Shown: positions 1 through 19,269 of the stretch, piece by piece
Layout of the letters: every line of letters starts with the position of its first letter
Position numbering within the stretch: the first letter of the stretch is position 1
NCBI RefSeq assembly: GCF_009914755.1
Contig: NC_060927.1
Length of the DNA: 64,000 nt
Origin: the human T2T-CHM13v2.0 reference genome, Homo sapiens
Strand: one strand, 5' to 3'
Program-made: the position numbers and the translations under genes
Notes under the pieces: generated by a model
Databases searched by the model: none
Seen by the model: the letters and a program-made list of their open reading frames with translations, nothing else
Told to the model about the DNA's origin: nothing

Positions 1-415
1 GGCATTGTAGCTACACATATCCATATGAATATGTAGCAATGTATATCAGTACCTAATGCCACACAAAAAAGTCATGGGAAAACAGTCACTGTGATTTAAT
101 CCTTTTAAAAATGTATTATAAAACATGTAAGTATAAAAACATGTCAAATAAAATGAGATCTTGTTTACAGGAACTTATATAAATAGAAAACTATGAAGAA
201 AAACAAAAATGATTAATGATAATACAGATATTAACTACCTCCAGAAGGAGGTAGGAGGAAACAGTCAGGTACTGATACCCAGAGAGCTTTAAGACTATGT
301 TTTGTTAAGCTAGGTGATTGGTTCACAATGTTCATTTTTATCAACATTTTAAAATTTATACAAATGTGCTATATACACTCTTATCTAAATGATATATTTC
401 AAAATTTTAAAAAAG
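1..415 (+). mobile_element. Ancient L1 (L1ME/L1MC-type) 3' end fragment
   Basis: Degenerate L1M 3'UTR-like text (aagctaggtgattggttcacaatgttcatt...tatatacactctt...tatttcaaaat) ending in an A-rich run; boundaries approximate. Confidence 0.5.
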
Positions 416-2037
416 AAAATAGATATCATGCTATCTGATGACAGGTTTCACATCTAAACTTTCTGATATCATTGTAAGCTAGGAAACTGAACCAGGTTGA
501 TTAACTTTCATTTCCGAGTAGCATTCATAATTAACTGTTCTATGTTAACACAAGATGAGCTTGGTTCCTGTTACCCAAGCTATAAATAGATAAGCAAAGG
601 TTATTGTGAGGGGAAAACAATGCCCAAGACTGGGAATATTTATTTTAAAAGATGTTCTCTTGGCTTTTGCCTTTTCAGCCTAACCCTGTCCTAAATATCC
701 CCCAGAGGATAAGGTCCCCAACAAAGCTTTTCCCACATATATCTACATGCTTGTCAATCTCGACCTTTTACTCTAGAGCGCATGATGAACCAACCTTCTG
801 GTTTATCATGGCTGACCTTCAGCTTATCCCTGTTGTTGTTATTACTACACTTAATTTATTTTCCTTCATTAGACGTAAGCAAAATGGGAAGATGGCTTCA
901 CAAATTTTTTTTTCAATTGATAAAGATTTTCTGAAGCTAAATCCATAATCTTACTTTAAATTCATTTAGAGGTCAAAAATTACATCAAATCTTTGCTTTT
1001 AGGAATCCCATTTGATGAGACTAGAGACATTCATAGTGTTCCACAGGGCAGCTGTTGACCACAATTGAAGCACTGGAGATCTAAAGACACCCACAGTGGA
1101 TGAAATCCCACTTTAAGTGTATATTCTGCTTGAGGAATTCTAAAAGTATAAACAGCTTTTTCAGTTGCCTTTTTTTCACTCTTCTTAGGCTGTAGTTATT
1201 AAATCTGACACCACAAATTTAATATATAAAAAATAAATATAAATTTATTTTTCTGTGACATTAATATTCTACAGTTGAAATTGATTTCTAGTTGAGCTCA
1301 CATTTCACCTACTGGCAGAAGCTTAAGTTTAGCCAATTTACTGTATCTACAGTTAAAATATTTTGTTCCACTCCCCTATACCTTTTTAACTTAGATTTGC
1401 CTCTATTTTCCATAGGGTATAGGTGTGCACAGAACTGACATTTGTGAGACGTGCAAATCTGGTCTATGGTTTAACTATGCTGATGCTACTGAGATGGGTG
1501 TTTTCCACCTGGTCTCCAGCTATAAGCCAATGCAGCTCACTCTATATCTTCTTTATACTATCCATTAGATGCCTTCAGGACCTGAGCCATGGAAAAATGT
1601 TACTTTTTTCTCTTTTCTCTTCTGAGGCTGTCTCACTATGTCTCAGTAGATCTGTCTCAAACCTATCTGAGATACATCAAGAACATATTTCTTATCTTCC
1701 ACTTTCATGCTCTATAGGGATATAAGTGGACTGCTGGGATAGTGCTGTTTTCTAGTCTCTCCTCTGAGATTAATTAAGTCCCTCTATTATACGCAAGTAT
1801 TATTCTTTCCTGGGAAAAATCTGAGAAGTGAATTTTTAGGGCTCATGGATTCTTGAGACTTGGAATCATTCTTCTCTGCTGATAAAGTCTGTACACTTGT
1901 CATGCAAAGCTCATTCTTCCCTTATTATAAATTCTAAGAAAAACTCATTGGTTAAAATGCCAAAGCTCATGCATACAGACTTATGTTATACAGCCCTTCC
2001 TAGTTTGTCAGCTATACTAAGATACATCCAATTCCAG

Positions 2038-2530
2038 TGTTGAATTCCTCAAAATATTGCCAGGCAACCTGGTGATATTAATAAAGCAAAATTAAGTTTA
2101 TTGGAATTTATTACAGTTGGAGAGAACATCACCTTGATAGAGTATCAGAAGCAGCTCAGAAGGGGAAGTCAGAAGTAGAGTATTTATAGCACTTTGGGGT
2201 TTTGGGCTTAAGCAATCTAAGGTTGGTCTTTCAAAGTGGGTAACTGACTAAACTGGGCAAAATTCATGCTATAATGGCCATATTGGTTGTCAGTGAAGCA
2301 TGTGTTTTGAAGTGTGTCTGCACAGATGCCTCTGTTTGCTAAGCAAGCATTTGCCAAGGTGAGAAGGCTATCGTCTTTGATAAATTGAGTTTTAGAAATT
2401 TCTTCAAGCAAACAGTGGAGTTATTTATATTATCTTCTGGGCAAAGTTTTCCTGGAAGAAATCAGTAAGTCATGTTTACATAGGTGATCAAAAGTCTTAT
2501 GTGAGTCATATTGACATAGAAGTTCTCCAA
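2038..2530. mobile_element. Old ERV LTR-like fragment (family not assigned)
   Basis: Composition and style resemble degenerate LTRs; no clear TSD seen. Confidence 0.25.
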
Positions 2531-3084
2531 TTTAACTTGTTTAGACTCAAACTTGTATTCACACCAAATTAAAAAGTTATTCTTTGCAAGCTATACACTC
2601 AAAATACCTCAGGAATTCCAGAAAATATCTTTTATGAAACAGGGCATCGGAAAATGATTTTCAGAGATTATATCTTAAAGTGAGTCTTGAAAAATGAGAA
2701 GGGTATAGAAAAATAGAAAAGAGTAAGAAGAAGAAATAGAAAAGAATAAGAAGGCAATTAGGAGAAAGAGTACGAAATGCCCAGTGAGGGCATTTGTGAA
2801 GAACAATGAAGATAATATTTTGACTGAGAAAACCATCTAACTTTGAGAGAATAAATTTTTTTTAAAAAAATTATTTTTCTGAGTACATCAAAACCAGATT
2901 ATGATGGGCCCTACATGCATAATTAAGGGATCACTATATCTCCATTTACATTTATAATTAGGGCTTCCCAAAGATCTTTACATTTTTTGAATCTCATGAC
3001 GTGTTTGTTTTCAAACATACCCCAGATCACATAGTTTTGGGGGTGGTGGGGGGCAGGGGAGATGACTTTAGCGGTAGTAATAAA

Positions 3085-3297
3085 TCACCTAACAGTATTC
3101 TGCACATAGCAAGCATTCAATAAGTAGTAGTTGATATTATTATATTTCATTAACCATTAAGAAAAGATTTTAGTGGTAACTGAGAAAAGTAGTAAATAAG
3201 TCACCTAACACAGTATTCTACACATAACAGGCATTCAATAAGTAGTAGTTGACATTATTATTATATTTCATTAAGCATTAAGAAAAGATTTTAGTGG
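3085..3297 (+). repeat. Local tandem duplication (~95-bp core, ~116-121-bp period) containing a MIR/L2-like tail
   Basis: 3085-3176 and 3201-3297 are near-identical (tcacctaaca...gtattct..cacata..gcattcaataagtagtagttga...cattaagaaaagattttagtgg). Confidence 0.9.
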
Positions 3298-4829
3298 CAT
3301 TGTAATCAGGCAAGCAGAAATGGTTGAACCCTATGGACATGAAAAAATAGTGAAACAAGAATTACAATTTGATTAATAGCTGCACACATGCACTCAAGGC
3401 TATAGGTTTAAATGTACATTTAGATCATGAAGCTTGGGACCACTCTTTGAAAAGAAAAATAATAGATGAGAAGTAAGAAAAATTAAGTTTATTTACCCAC
3501 TTATGTACATGTTACCAGAGAAGAGAATTTGAGTTGGCAAGATTCCTAAGGGAAATACCTACTGATATTTTTACCTTTTCCTCCCTGAAGGGAAAGAAAC
3601 CAGGCAAAAGGAGCCTGGAGCCTCTGTTCCTGTGTTTTGTTGTTGTTGTTTGTTTAGAACACAGTGACTGCCTGCTGGCAACTGTAATCTAATTTATGTC
3701 CTGAAATTCTCACCAGCCAGACTAACTACTCCCATGCTTTGGGACAGAGCAGCTAAGAAAGAGGTAGACAGAGGTATGAAAAGAAGACAGGGTACTGCTA
3801 AGTTTCCTGACCCCTACATTCTTCTGTTTTGGTCCTCTGTACAAATTCACTTGGGGTGAGGATGTGAATTTAGGATAGTTGATGATAATTTTCAAGAGAC
3901 CTAGAAATTTCTCATTCTGCCCTGTGTATCACTCTCCTCTCCATGGGATTCCCAAAGGTGCTATATCCACAATGAATAAGACAAGAACGGGGACAAGGCT
4001 TGCTTTATTAATAGCTGTGCAAGAATCTAATACTCACAGTGGAAAACTCCACATTAAAAGCTGAGCTGGCAGATTAGGATGAAGGTCCCCTATCATTTTC
4101 TAAATCTACATTTTGAGATTCTGCACTATTTGGATGGTCATATAGAGAAAGGAAATATGGGGAGAACAATATGGCCATGTCTACACTATATATCTGAATT
4201 AAAATTCCCTGGATAGCCATAAGCACCAGACGGGCAGAAAGGAAGAGTCTGCATTTGGTTTTCAGGACCTATTAAAATATATTTTCCTTTCTCACTAGAA
4301 ATCATGACCTATTAATATTCCAAGCTCTGAACATTTATGCTGGTAATACTTCTTCCATTGCCAGGGAGCAGAAAAGAAGTGAACAGTGGAGCCAGAGAAG
4401 GGGTTGAAATCTTTCTCCCTACTAGAGTTTCAGGCATTTGCTTTAGAAAGGCAGAAGGAGATCTGTGAGGAAGAGAGTATTGAGAAGCATGCTTCTGATA
4501 TTACCACACATACATCATTTTTCCCTGTAGTCTCTTTAGCTGGTCAACTCTAGGCTACTGATTTCATTATACCAGCTGGCCAACCAGTTAAAGCCTGGGT
4601 GGAGGGACGTTACTAGTGACAGAATTTAATCTCCATAGGAGCAGACTATATTTGTAGTTTTTAATGTATGACATAGTGCTTGATAAGTATTTGTTGAGCT
4701 GAATGCATGACTGCTAGTTTGCATGTATTGCCCATTCTTTGAGAACTGCTGAATCAGGGATCACATATACCTGCCCTCATTTGCAGGTACATATGATCTG
4801 GGTTATTTTCTTGCCTGGTGGAAAGTGTG

Positions 4830-5265
4830 GCAGACTTTCTAGCAATTCTCTGTCTCTCACGCCCTTTCACTCAGATGCCATGAAAGCTAAAATCTCACCT
4901 TCCCAGGCTACCTTGCCATATGGGGTAGCCATGAGGCTCACTTATGGCCAATGAGGAGTAAGCAGAGGTCGGCTCTCATGTCTCTGAAAAGTTTTTGCTC
5001 TATTAATAAAAAAGAAAGACAAAAATGATGCTACCTTGCTCTCTTCTTTCTGCCTCAAAATGGAAATTTGTCTAATATTTGTGCAGCCATCTAATGCCCA
5101 AATCTGAAAGTGAGATTGAGAGTCATAAAAGTCAGCACTGACACCTTCCAGCTGAACAATACCGGCAGTTCCCTATATCTAACATTGTTGCCACATGAGA
5201 AAAATAAACCCTTACTAATTTAAGCTAATAGAAGTTTTTCGTGTAGCCATTAACATTCTTGACTG
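4830..5265 (+). mobile_element. MLT1 (MLT1J/K-like) ERVL-MaLR LTR, degenerate
   Basis: ttcccaggctaccttgcc...ggccaatgag...gcagaggt and 3' gagaaaaataaacccttactaatttaagc are typical of old MLT1 LTRs. Confidence 0.5.
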
Positions 5266-5745
5266 TTGCACAACTTATCTGGGAAGAAAACAGAAAGAAA
5301 TCGTAAAACTCAATCACCCAAATGGATCACATCTGAGTTGAAATATGATCATCATTTTCCTTTTTGCGATATAAACATATTCAATCTGCATCTGTGTGAT
5401 ACTTTCCCCAGGTGCACAAGAGGGAAGATGCAAATTGTGGCTTCTCTGGTTTTTTACTTTTGAATTCAGGAACAAACATAGAAAAATCATTCTCCATAGA
5501 GAAGAAAAAAACTGGGATTTAAATTTCAAGTGTCTGACTTTATTCTGTACCCAGGGCCCTGATCCTTGAAGCTGCACTTCCCACTCAGGTTTCACAGGCG
5601 TAGATGTCTGAATTTTGAAAAGGTGCTTTGTATTGCAACAATGTGACTGCACACTGCATTTCTTTTATGTATTTATTTTTTCATTAAGAACATTATGTAT
5701 TTCTTCATTAAGAACACAACAGATATACCAAAAAAGAAATACGTT

Positions 5746-6154
<409 letters not shown>

Positions 6155-6199
6155 TTATTGTGCTTCCAGGCAATGGCTATACATTTCAGTCAGCTCACT

Positions 6200-6445
6200 A
6201 GCAAAAAACCTAGGGAGTTAGACAAATTCGAAATTGGATTCTGGTTCCACCATTTATAGTGATATGAGTCACTTGCAGCTAGTATACTGGTTAGTTCTTA
6301 AGACTGTGACTTCAGACAAATAATTAGACCTATCTTAATCTCAGTTTTCACAGCTGCAAAGGAATTACTAAAACCAGTCACTAAAGTTGTGGTAAAAAGT
6401 AAAGAAATATACTTGATATATACTATTAGCTATCATTATTATTAA
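6200..6445 (+). mobile_element. MIR SINE fragments
   Basis: ttctggttccaccattt..., tgtgacttcagacaaa...ctcagttttcacagctgcaaa..., tail tattagctatcattattatt. Confidence 0.55.
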
Positions 6446-7763
6446 TTAGAACTTGACAGACAAATATCCACTCTTTCTGCATTATGGTTTGTTGGAATGT
6501 CCACAGGTTCACTCTTTCTGGGATGAGACAGGGGAAGGATAATGACAAACCAAACCAATACTCCAGATCTTCAGTCTACGCTTCTCCACATTCCCAGGCA
6601 GCTGCTTAAACCATTTCAAACAACAGCAATTTAGAAAACAGGTTAATCTGAGTGATGATGACCTTTATTAAGCTATCTCCAGGATCCCAGAGGTTGGCAA
6701 GGCTGAAAGTCAGAGGTGAGAGGGAGGTCAGAATCAGTCCCTTTTGGAAGTCAAAGCTGCAGATCAGTTGGAGCAAGTAGGAGTTTCCCTGAAGAGGCCC
6801 TATACTTGATGACAGAAAGAGGAAAAGCAGATGTTTCCTCACCATCCACCTTCACTGCTAGCTTCTCTGCTCCTCTGTAGATTAAAGGCTTAAACAGCTG
6901 CACTCTTTGTCAGTTTATTGATCTTGAATGAAGGAATTCTAGGCAAGTTCTTTATTTGGTACAACTTGTCCAGGAGGTATAGATTGTGTCATAAAAGTGT
7001 GCCTGCAGATTGTTTTGCGAATCATAAGCCAAGCTGATTTTCTGGAACTGACAATCATAGAGTAACAGTTTCCAACGTTTGTAACCTATCCTAGTGAATG
7101 TGAAAGGCAAATCAGGCAAATCCCAAAGATAGATTTACTTATTTATTTACAGATTGGAGAAATTGAGATGGGGATTTGCCTGAGTCCGGGAACTTACCTT
7201 CAATGAGCTCAGGTTCTCCCAAGACAAGGTGGGCTTAGAAGAGATCTCAATTATCATTTGAGATATGCTATTAAATAGCCATGGTTTCTTAGGGATCATA
7301 CAACATTTGTGGATCTTCTGCTAGTCCATCTATAACACGAGCTTGTGTGTTTTCAGTTATGACCAAGGATACTACCAGATCTAATGCAACAAATCTTTGA
7401 TTAAAAATGGAAGCATTGCAAATTTGGCTGATGAACGATGATATGTAAATAGATACAACACCTTTCCTTGTCTTCATCATTACAAGAATAGCATCATACT
7501 ATATGTTTCTGGACTGGAATATGCCTTTTGGTGTACCTAAAATTGCCCCTTTCAAGATACACAAGCAACTATAAGTGTCAAGTTTTTCGGGTGATAAATT
7601 TCTACCACTGTCAGATTCATTTGCAAGCAGATAATATACTTAGTACAGGGTAGGTTATTTCACTAGACCCTGTTATTTTGGGTTGAAGAAATACAGAGAT
7701 GTATGTATTCTACTACTATAAAAAAACACAGATGTCAAAGGACTGTAAACTGGCACAGGCCTG

Positions 7764-7782
7764 CAGCGCCACCTGTTGGCTA
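7764..7782 (-). promoter_or_regulatory. CTCF core motif
   Basis: Minus strand reads TAGCCAACAGGTGGCGCTG versus consensus TGGCCACCAGGGGGCGCTA; the CpG is retained; the site lies in non-repetitive DNA. Confidence 0.7.
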
Positions 7783-8568
7783 TTGTGTTAATATAAGCTT
7801 TCAGAAAAGAAAGCTTATCTCCAAAGTTAAAAAGAGGCAGGGTATGCGCAGGCCAAGTTTGAGTTAAACTCACTTTTATTTGAAAAGAAAAAAAAAATGC
7901 GTCCCTAGAAAATGGGTGGGGCTGCTTAATTCTGGATTCATTTATTTTTAAATGAAGCACTAGTGGAAAATGGAAAGATGGGATAATAAAATTTCAAAAC
8001 TGGAAAAGTTTTTAAGTAATGATATAACCTCCTCACTGTGCAGGTGAAAAAAACAGAATGGAATGTATCCCACAACAAGACGCTGTGTATCCCAGAGCTA
8101 CAGAGCTTGGTAGTGAGGCTGCCGGAATTACAAGTAACTTCAGATTTACTTCACAGTTCCGTCTGGGTAGCTTTCTTTAAAAAGGTGCATTTTAAGAGAT
8201 CTTCATGTTCTTTAATTTTACCAGAATTATAATGAGTATCGGGGCAGTTCTTGCAATATCCTTATTTAAATTTACAGAATTGTGGAAGTAATAATTAGTT
8301 TTTAACCCTCCATTCTATCTGCCTGTTAAAAACTTTCAACAACTGTTAACATGCTTATGGAATCTAAACTTGCCAAAAATAATTTCTTTTTTTTTTCTCC
8401 TTCCTCATGTTTCTCTGCAATTCATTCCCTTCCTCCCACTAGGAGAGAAGGATTTTTTTTGTGGTATGCGGATGAGGGGCTGTGATTCCATTGAGACATA
8501 TGTGGCTCCAGTTCCTAGGTTGTGGTTCCCTGAAAACGCAAATTGCTCACTTGAGACAACCAAGAGCC

Positions 8569-8587
8569 AACAACAACAACAACAACA
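8569..8587 (+). repeat. (CAA)n microsatellite
   Basis: caacaacaacaacaacaa. Confidence 0.85.
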
Positions 8588-8841
8588 AAACTTCCAACTT
8601 GCTCTCCTATCCTAATCACATCTCCAGGCCTATCTGAAAGGGATGGAAACTCAATTGAGAAATGGGTCATAGCACACGCAAGATCTGACACAGGGTAAAA
8701 AGTTAGCAAATGCCACCCTCAGTAAAAAAAGAAGACCAAAGGAGTCCAGTAGGGCTCAGAAGCACCATCTTGGACAGAAGTCAGAAACATCTACCAGGAA
8801 CAACATTTAGAATTTGTAAGTTTTTCAAAATTAAAGACACC

Positions 8842-10330
<1,489 letters not shown>

Positions 10331-10599
10331 AGTTTTTATATTTATTTTTTAAATGAATGACTAATAGCACATTAATTCTTAGGGAGAAATAACACTGGTA
10401 CTCATGTCCTGTAAGCAGTAAGGAGAATGAAAACATAGGAGCCAGTTCTTTTTTATAGTCAGTTTTAAGGGAAGAGGGTAATGAGTATTGGAGGCTTTAG
10501 AGAGGAAAGGAAAGCAGGGTGCATCAAATTGAATTAACTGAATGCTACCTTCATGCCTTCAAAGTGATCTTAGAGACTTCATATTGGAAAGGTGTATGG

Positions 10600-11390
10600 G
10601 CCTACAACTTAATTTTCCATTCAGTCCATTGCCCAAACTAGAAGATAAAGGATTGTCCATAGTCCTTCTCCGTTAACCCCTATCAATTGTAGCAATTCCA
10701 AAATATCTCTTAATCTAAACTTCCCTTTTCATTCTCATGATCACACTTTAACACAAGTGACCTATTACGCTGCAACCGCCTCCTAACTAACCTCTTGCCC
10801 TGGAAGTCTATTTTCTTTCCACATGGCTACCTTCATCTTTCTTAAATGCAAATTGGATCATGTTATTTCCCTGCTTAAGACCACCAAGCAGGAACAGAAT
10901 CCAAGCTTCTTAGTATGATGTATAAAACTTTTCAGTGTGGCTTAAATGGGAAAGTATTTTCCTGTTCAGCCTCATTTCCTGGACCAACACCCCAGTCCCT
11001 CACAATTCAGGGTCTCTGCTCCACACTCTTCTGACTTCTGCATCTCTGTCTGTATTTACAGTCATTTCCTCTGGTCTGTTGTGCCCTTCACAACCATCAC
11101 TAGGCAAATTCCTATTCATCCTTCAAGGTCCATTTCCATTATCACTGCCCCTAAGGAGCCTCCTCTAAAGTTCTCAGCCAGGGAGCTTCTCTGTTGTGTA
11201 TACTTGCACTCTGCTTTTTTATTACATCATTACAGCGTGAAGCTCATTGTATTGTATAGCTCCACTAGCATATTAGTCTTCCTTACATAGATGATGAGTT
11301 TCTTAATGTATAGATCCTGATAGATCTTTTTAGCAGTTCAAATTGTTATCATACACTGTTCTACAATATTTACTGAAGATAAAGCATGAA
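10600..11390 (+). mobile_element. L2 LINE fragments
   Basis: tgcaaccgcctcctaacta, aaatgcaaattggatcatgttatttccctgcttaag, cctattcatccttcaag are L2 3'-region motifs. Confidence 0.6.
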
Positions 11391-11500
11391 TCCTTCACTA
11401 TGCTAAATACGAGAAATACAAAGATAAGCCATGAATGATGCCCACAGTAATGTTACTCAAAGCCTACCTTTTCTGCATTCTAAGTATTCAAAACAGTTGG

Positions 11501-11908
11501 CACTATGGTTTTAATATTTGTCTCCTCCAAAAGTGATGTTGAACTTTCACCCCCAATGTGGCAATATTGAGAGGGAGCCTTTGAAAGGGTGTCGAGTCAT
11601 GAGGGGTCTGCCCTCATGAATGGATTAATCTATTCACATATTAATGGGTTATCATGGGCATGGGACTGGTGGCTTTATAAGAAGAAGTGTGACCTGAGCT
11701 AGCACAGTAAACTGCCTCACCATGTGATGCCCTGCACTGCCTCAGGACTCTACAGAGAGTCCCTGCCAGCAAGAAGTCTCTCAACAGATGCAGCCCATCC
11801 ACCTCAGTCTTCTCAGCCTCCAGAACTGTGAGAAATACATTCCTTTTATTTATAAATTTACTCAGTTTCAGTGATTCTGTTATAAGCAATATAAAACAGA
11901 CTAAGACA
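11501..11908 (+). mobile_element. MST (MSTC-like) ERVL-MaLR solo LTR
   Basis: Complete LTR ending acagactaagaca, with perfect 5-bp TSD GTTGG (11496-11500 / 11909-11913). Confidence 0.9.
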
Positions 11909-12020
11909 GTTGGAGAAAGGAGAATTTTGTGTTTTCTACACTGACTGAACTTCATTGCAATGTGGTGATTCTCAATGGTGATTCACCAAAATCAGTGGTG
12001 AAACAGTACAGTAGACAGTA

Positions 12021-12293
12021 CAGTAGACCCTCGAGCAACATGAGTTCAAACCGCATGGGTCTATTTATACATGGATTTTTTAAATGAACACAGTTGGCCC
12101 TCCACTAGATGGGTTCCATATCCGTAACCAAATGCAGATCAAAGATACAGTATTCAGGTGTTGTGAAACCCACCTACATGCAGGGCCAACTTTTTGTATC
12201 CACAGGCTTTGCAGGGACAGATGAGTAAAATAGGATTTTGGTACATGTGAGGAGTTCTGGAACCAATCCCCTGTGGATACCAAGACACAACTG
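12021..12293 (-). mobile_element. TcMar-Tigger non-autonomous element (MER8/MER2B-like)
   Basis: Ends cagtagaccctcgagcaaca... and ...ggaaccaatcccctgtggataccaagacacaactg; TA target duplication on both sides. Confidence 0.8.
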
Positions 12294-12577
12294 TACATGT
12301 AATATGTACAATTTAAGCTCTTGTGGGTGGATATAACAGATAATATCATCTTGATTGTCATGTGTCTTGTTTTTTTTAAAAGTTTGAAATCACTATCCAA
12401 TGTCCTGCCTGTATACTGTATATTAGTACTTCACAAGCACAGACTTCTCAATGTTTGTGAAATAAATAAGCATATGGATGGATGAATGGATGGGCTACTG
12501 GAATGATGAACAGATGGATAAAATTGAATTCCTGATTCTCTTCCCACGAATATCTCTTGTACTTGGTGCTTAAAGCT

Positions 12578-13049
12578 GTGGGCTTTGAGGTGGACATTTT
12601 TTGTTGATATGTAGAACCATTATCACTTTTCTGAGTTCTTCTCTGTCCAGTATAGGCATAAAGACTGGAAACAGAATTCCTCAGTTGTCCTTGCTAGCTT
12701 GAGTCTAGCTAAATTCTACCAGAGAGGCACTTTAATGAGATTTAAAAACAAAGAAAAGGAGAAGCTATTATCTTCTGGTGGCAGCTGTAGGCAGGTGAGT
12801 GGGCATTGGCAGGAAGCCAGTAAGGGGTTTTGCCTGTGACTTCATATATCATACCATAAGTTGCCCATGCTGGTCCATAAGTAACTGAGATACTTGGAGA
12901 ATGATTTTGTTGAAATTCCTCACCTTCTGGATTTCTTGAAATTTTCTATGTTGATCTTAATTCATCCAACTTTCCAATAATTGTGTAAGTTTTTCCTATA
13001 GTAAATTTCTTTCTATCCAAAATACATAGAATAAATTCTGGTTGACACA
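12578..13049 (+). mobile_element. Old ERVL LTR (LTR33-like)
   Basis: aagactggaaacagaattcctcagttgtccttgctagct... and 3' taaatttctttctatccaaaatacatagaat...gacaca resemble the LTR33 family. Confidence 0.4.
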
Positions 13050-13130
13050 GACTTTTGGTTGGAAAACTAAAATAAAATGGTTACTTATCCTAATGAACAT
13101 TCAATTCAAAGACCTTTATAATCTTTGAAC

Positions 13131-13163
13131 ATGCGCGTGTGCACACACATACACACACACACT
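13131..13163 (+). repeat. (CA)n microsatellite
   Basis: gcgcgtgtgcacacacatacacacacacac. Confidence 0.85.
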
Positions 13164-14099
13164 CAACTCTGGCTTAAATACTTTCTTTAATGGAAGGCTC
13201 ATTGCTTCACAAGGTAGCTAATTGCCCTCTGTGAGAGTTTCTAATTAGAAAAAAAGTAAAAATTCATCTTTTTAAAACCTGAAATGATAAATCATTACTC
13301 ATTTATTTTCTGATTCTGTAGCTACTCCACCTCTAGAAAGTTCATAGGCTCTGGGCATTAACGGTGTCTGCAGGGAAGTCTAAGACCCATACCCTTGGAT
13401 CTTCTGCTAGAGATGAGTAGGAAAGTAGAATAGTAAAATAATTATGCATGTTTTCTTGGTGTGACAAATTCAAAGTTTAGGTTTGATAATATAAACATAC
13501 CTGACTACTGAAATATAAGCTTACTAAAGGGAGTGGCAAAATCTTCAAATCCTTCAAATTCCCATTACCTTTAAATTCCCAGTACTAAATATCATGTTTC
13601 TTTGTTGCTGAGCGGAACCCAAGTAAATGAGAATGTTTTAAAAACCTGTAAATCTAGCATCAGAAGAGATAAAAATTTTTAGCTTCCCAAGTCTTTATAT
13701 TGGTTCACTTCTAAGGAAGCAGCACAATTTCTTTTACAGTTCAGACTCTAGATCAGAATAAAATATTTGTTATAGTAGAAACTAACACAATATAGAATTA
13801 CAATCACTCCTGTAGGACATGAGAAAATAAAAATATTTAAAACCAAATAAGTAGCAGGGAACTGCTTCAGTTTTTCGAACCAAACCTAACTAAGTTTGAA
13901 TAATCTTAGCTAAAATATCGCAGCGGTTTATTGATGACCCTTTTGCCTTTAACATATTCAGAAATAATGTGTATACTTTTTCTCAAAAGTCAACAAAATA
14001 AGCAAAAAGTTAACATATTGTCTTGTGTTTTAGAGGATATATAGCATATTAACATGTCATAGTAATATTTTATTGCTATCATTATTAAAATTTTCAATG

Positions 14100-18392
<4,293 letters not shown>

Positions 18393-19269
18393 ACACATTT
18401 TTTGAATGAGGTACAAAATAATTTATAAAAGCCATGAAGCAAAGAATTGTCCATTGAAACAATCATAATATTCAAGATTCTGCCTTATGCCAAAAATAAA
18501 GATTTGGTTATCAGTCGTAACTATCATATGAACTCATAAAACCAACTACTTTGAGCAACCCAAAGATTTCCTTCTCTAGGATGGTAATCACAAAGGGACT
18601 GGATTTCACTTTGCTGTTTCTCACCTTCTCAGATTATAAATAACAGGGTAGGGTAGAATATTTTAGTACACCATGCAAAGGCCAGTATATGGTGGAATCA
18701 ACAGTTAAGATGCATTTCCCACTCTGATGCTCCTTCATGCTTCCAGGACTTATAGCTCCCTCCACATGCATTACGTATGCTTGTGTTTGGCTACCTCTCT
18801 GGCAAATGTTCATGTCTCTTCCATTTAAGATTGCAAATGCTAGACCTCATGACTTCTGTCTACTTTATTCCATTTTCATTTTATCGTGTTCCCTTTGCTT
18901 GGGGAGCAGTTTTGGATTCTTCTCTCTTCTCACTCTGTTTCCTTTAACATTTTATCTTCAGATTCACTGTGGGTCTTTCTTCTTTCCTACATTAATAGCA
19001 CTTGTATACCTCATTGGTGTCAACTTACCCACTTCTTTCATCAGAATCTTACTTCCTTCTTCCTGTCATGGTCAAGCGTTTTTTGTTAAGCTCCTTTCTT
19101 TCTTCAAACTCATTTCAACAGTAGAAATAAAAGTACTCCCATTATATATATACAAATATATATTTTATATATTATATGTAGGAATATTATATATGTATAT
19201 ATACGTATTGCTTTCCTACAATGTAAATATAAAACAAAAAAGAAAAACAAGGTTTTACACAAAGTAATA

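Noticed and set aside
8370-8615. Poly-glutamine ORF
   Set aside because: The Q run is a short (CAA)n microsatellite in an ORF with a non-ATG start and no other support.
18737-19267. 176-aa hydrophobic ORF resembling a membrane protein
   Set aside because: Hydrophobicity follows from T-rich sequence, the ORF runs through a (TA)n tract, and there is no domain signature.
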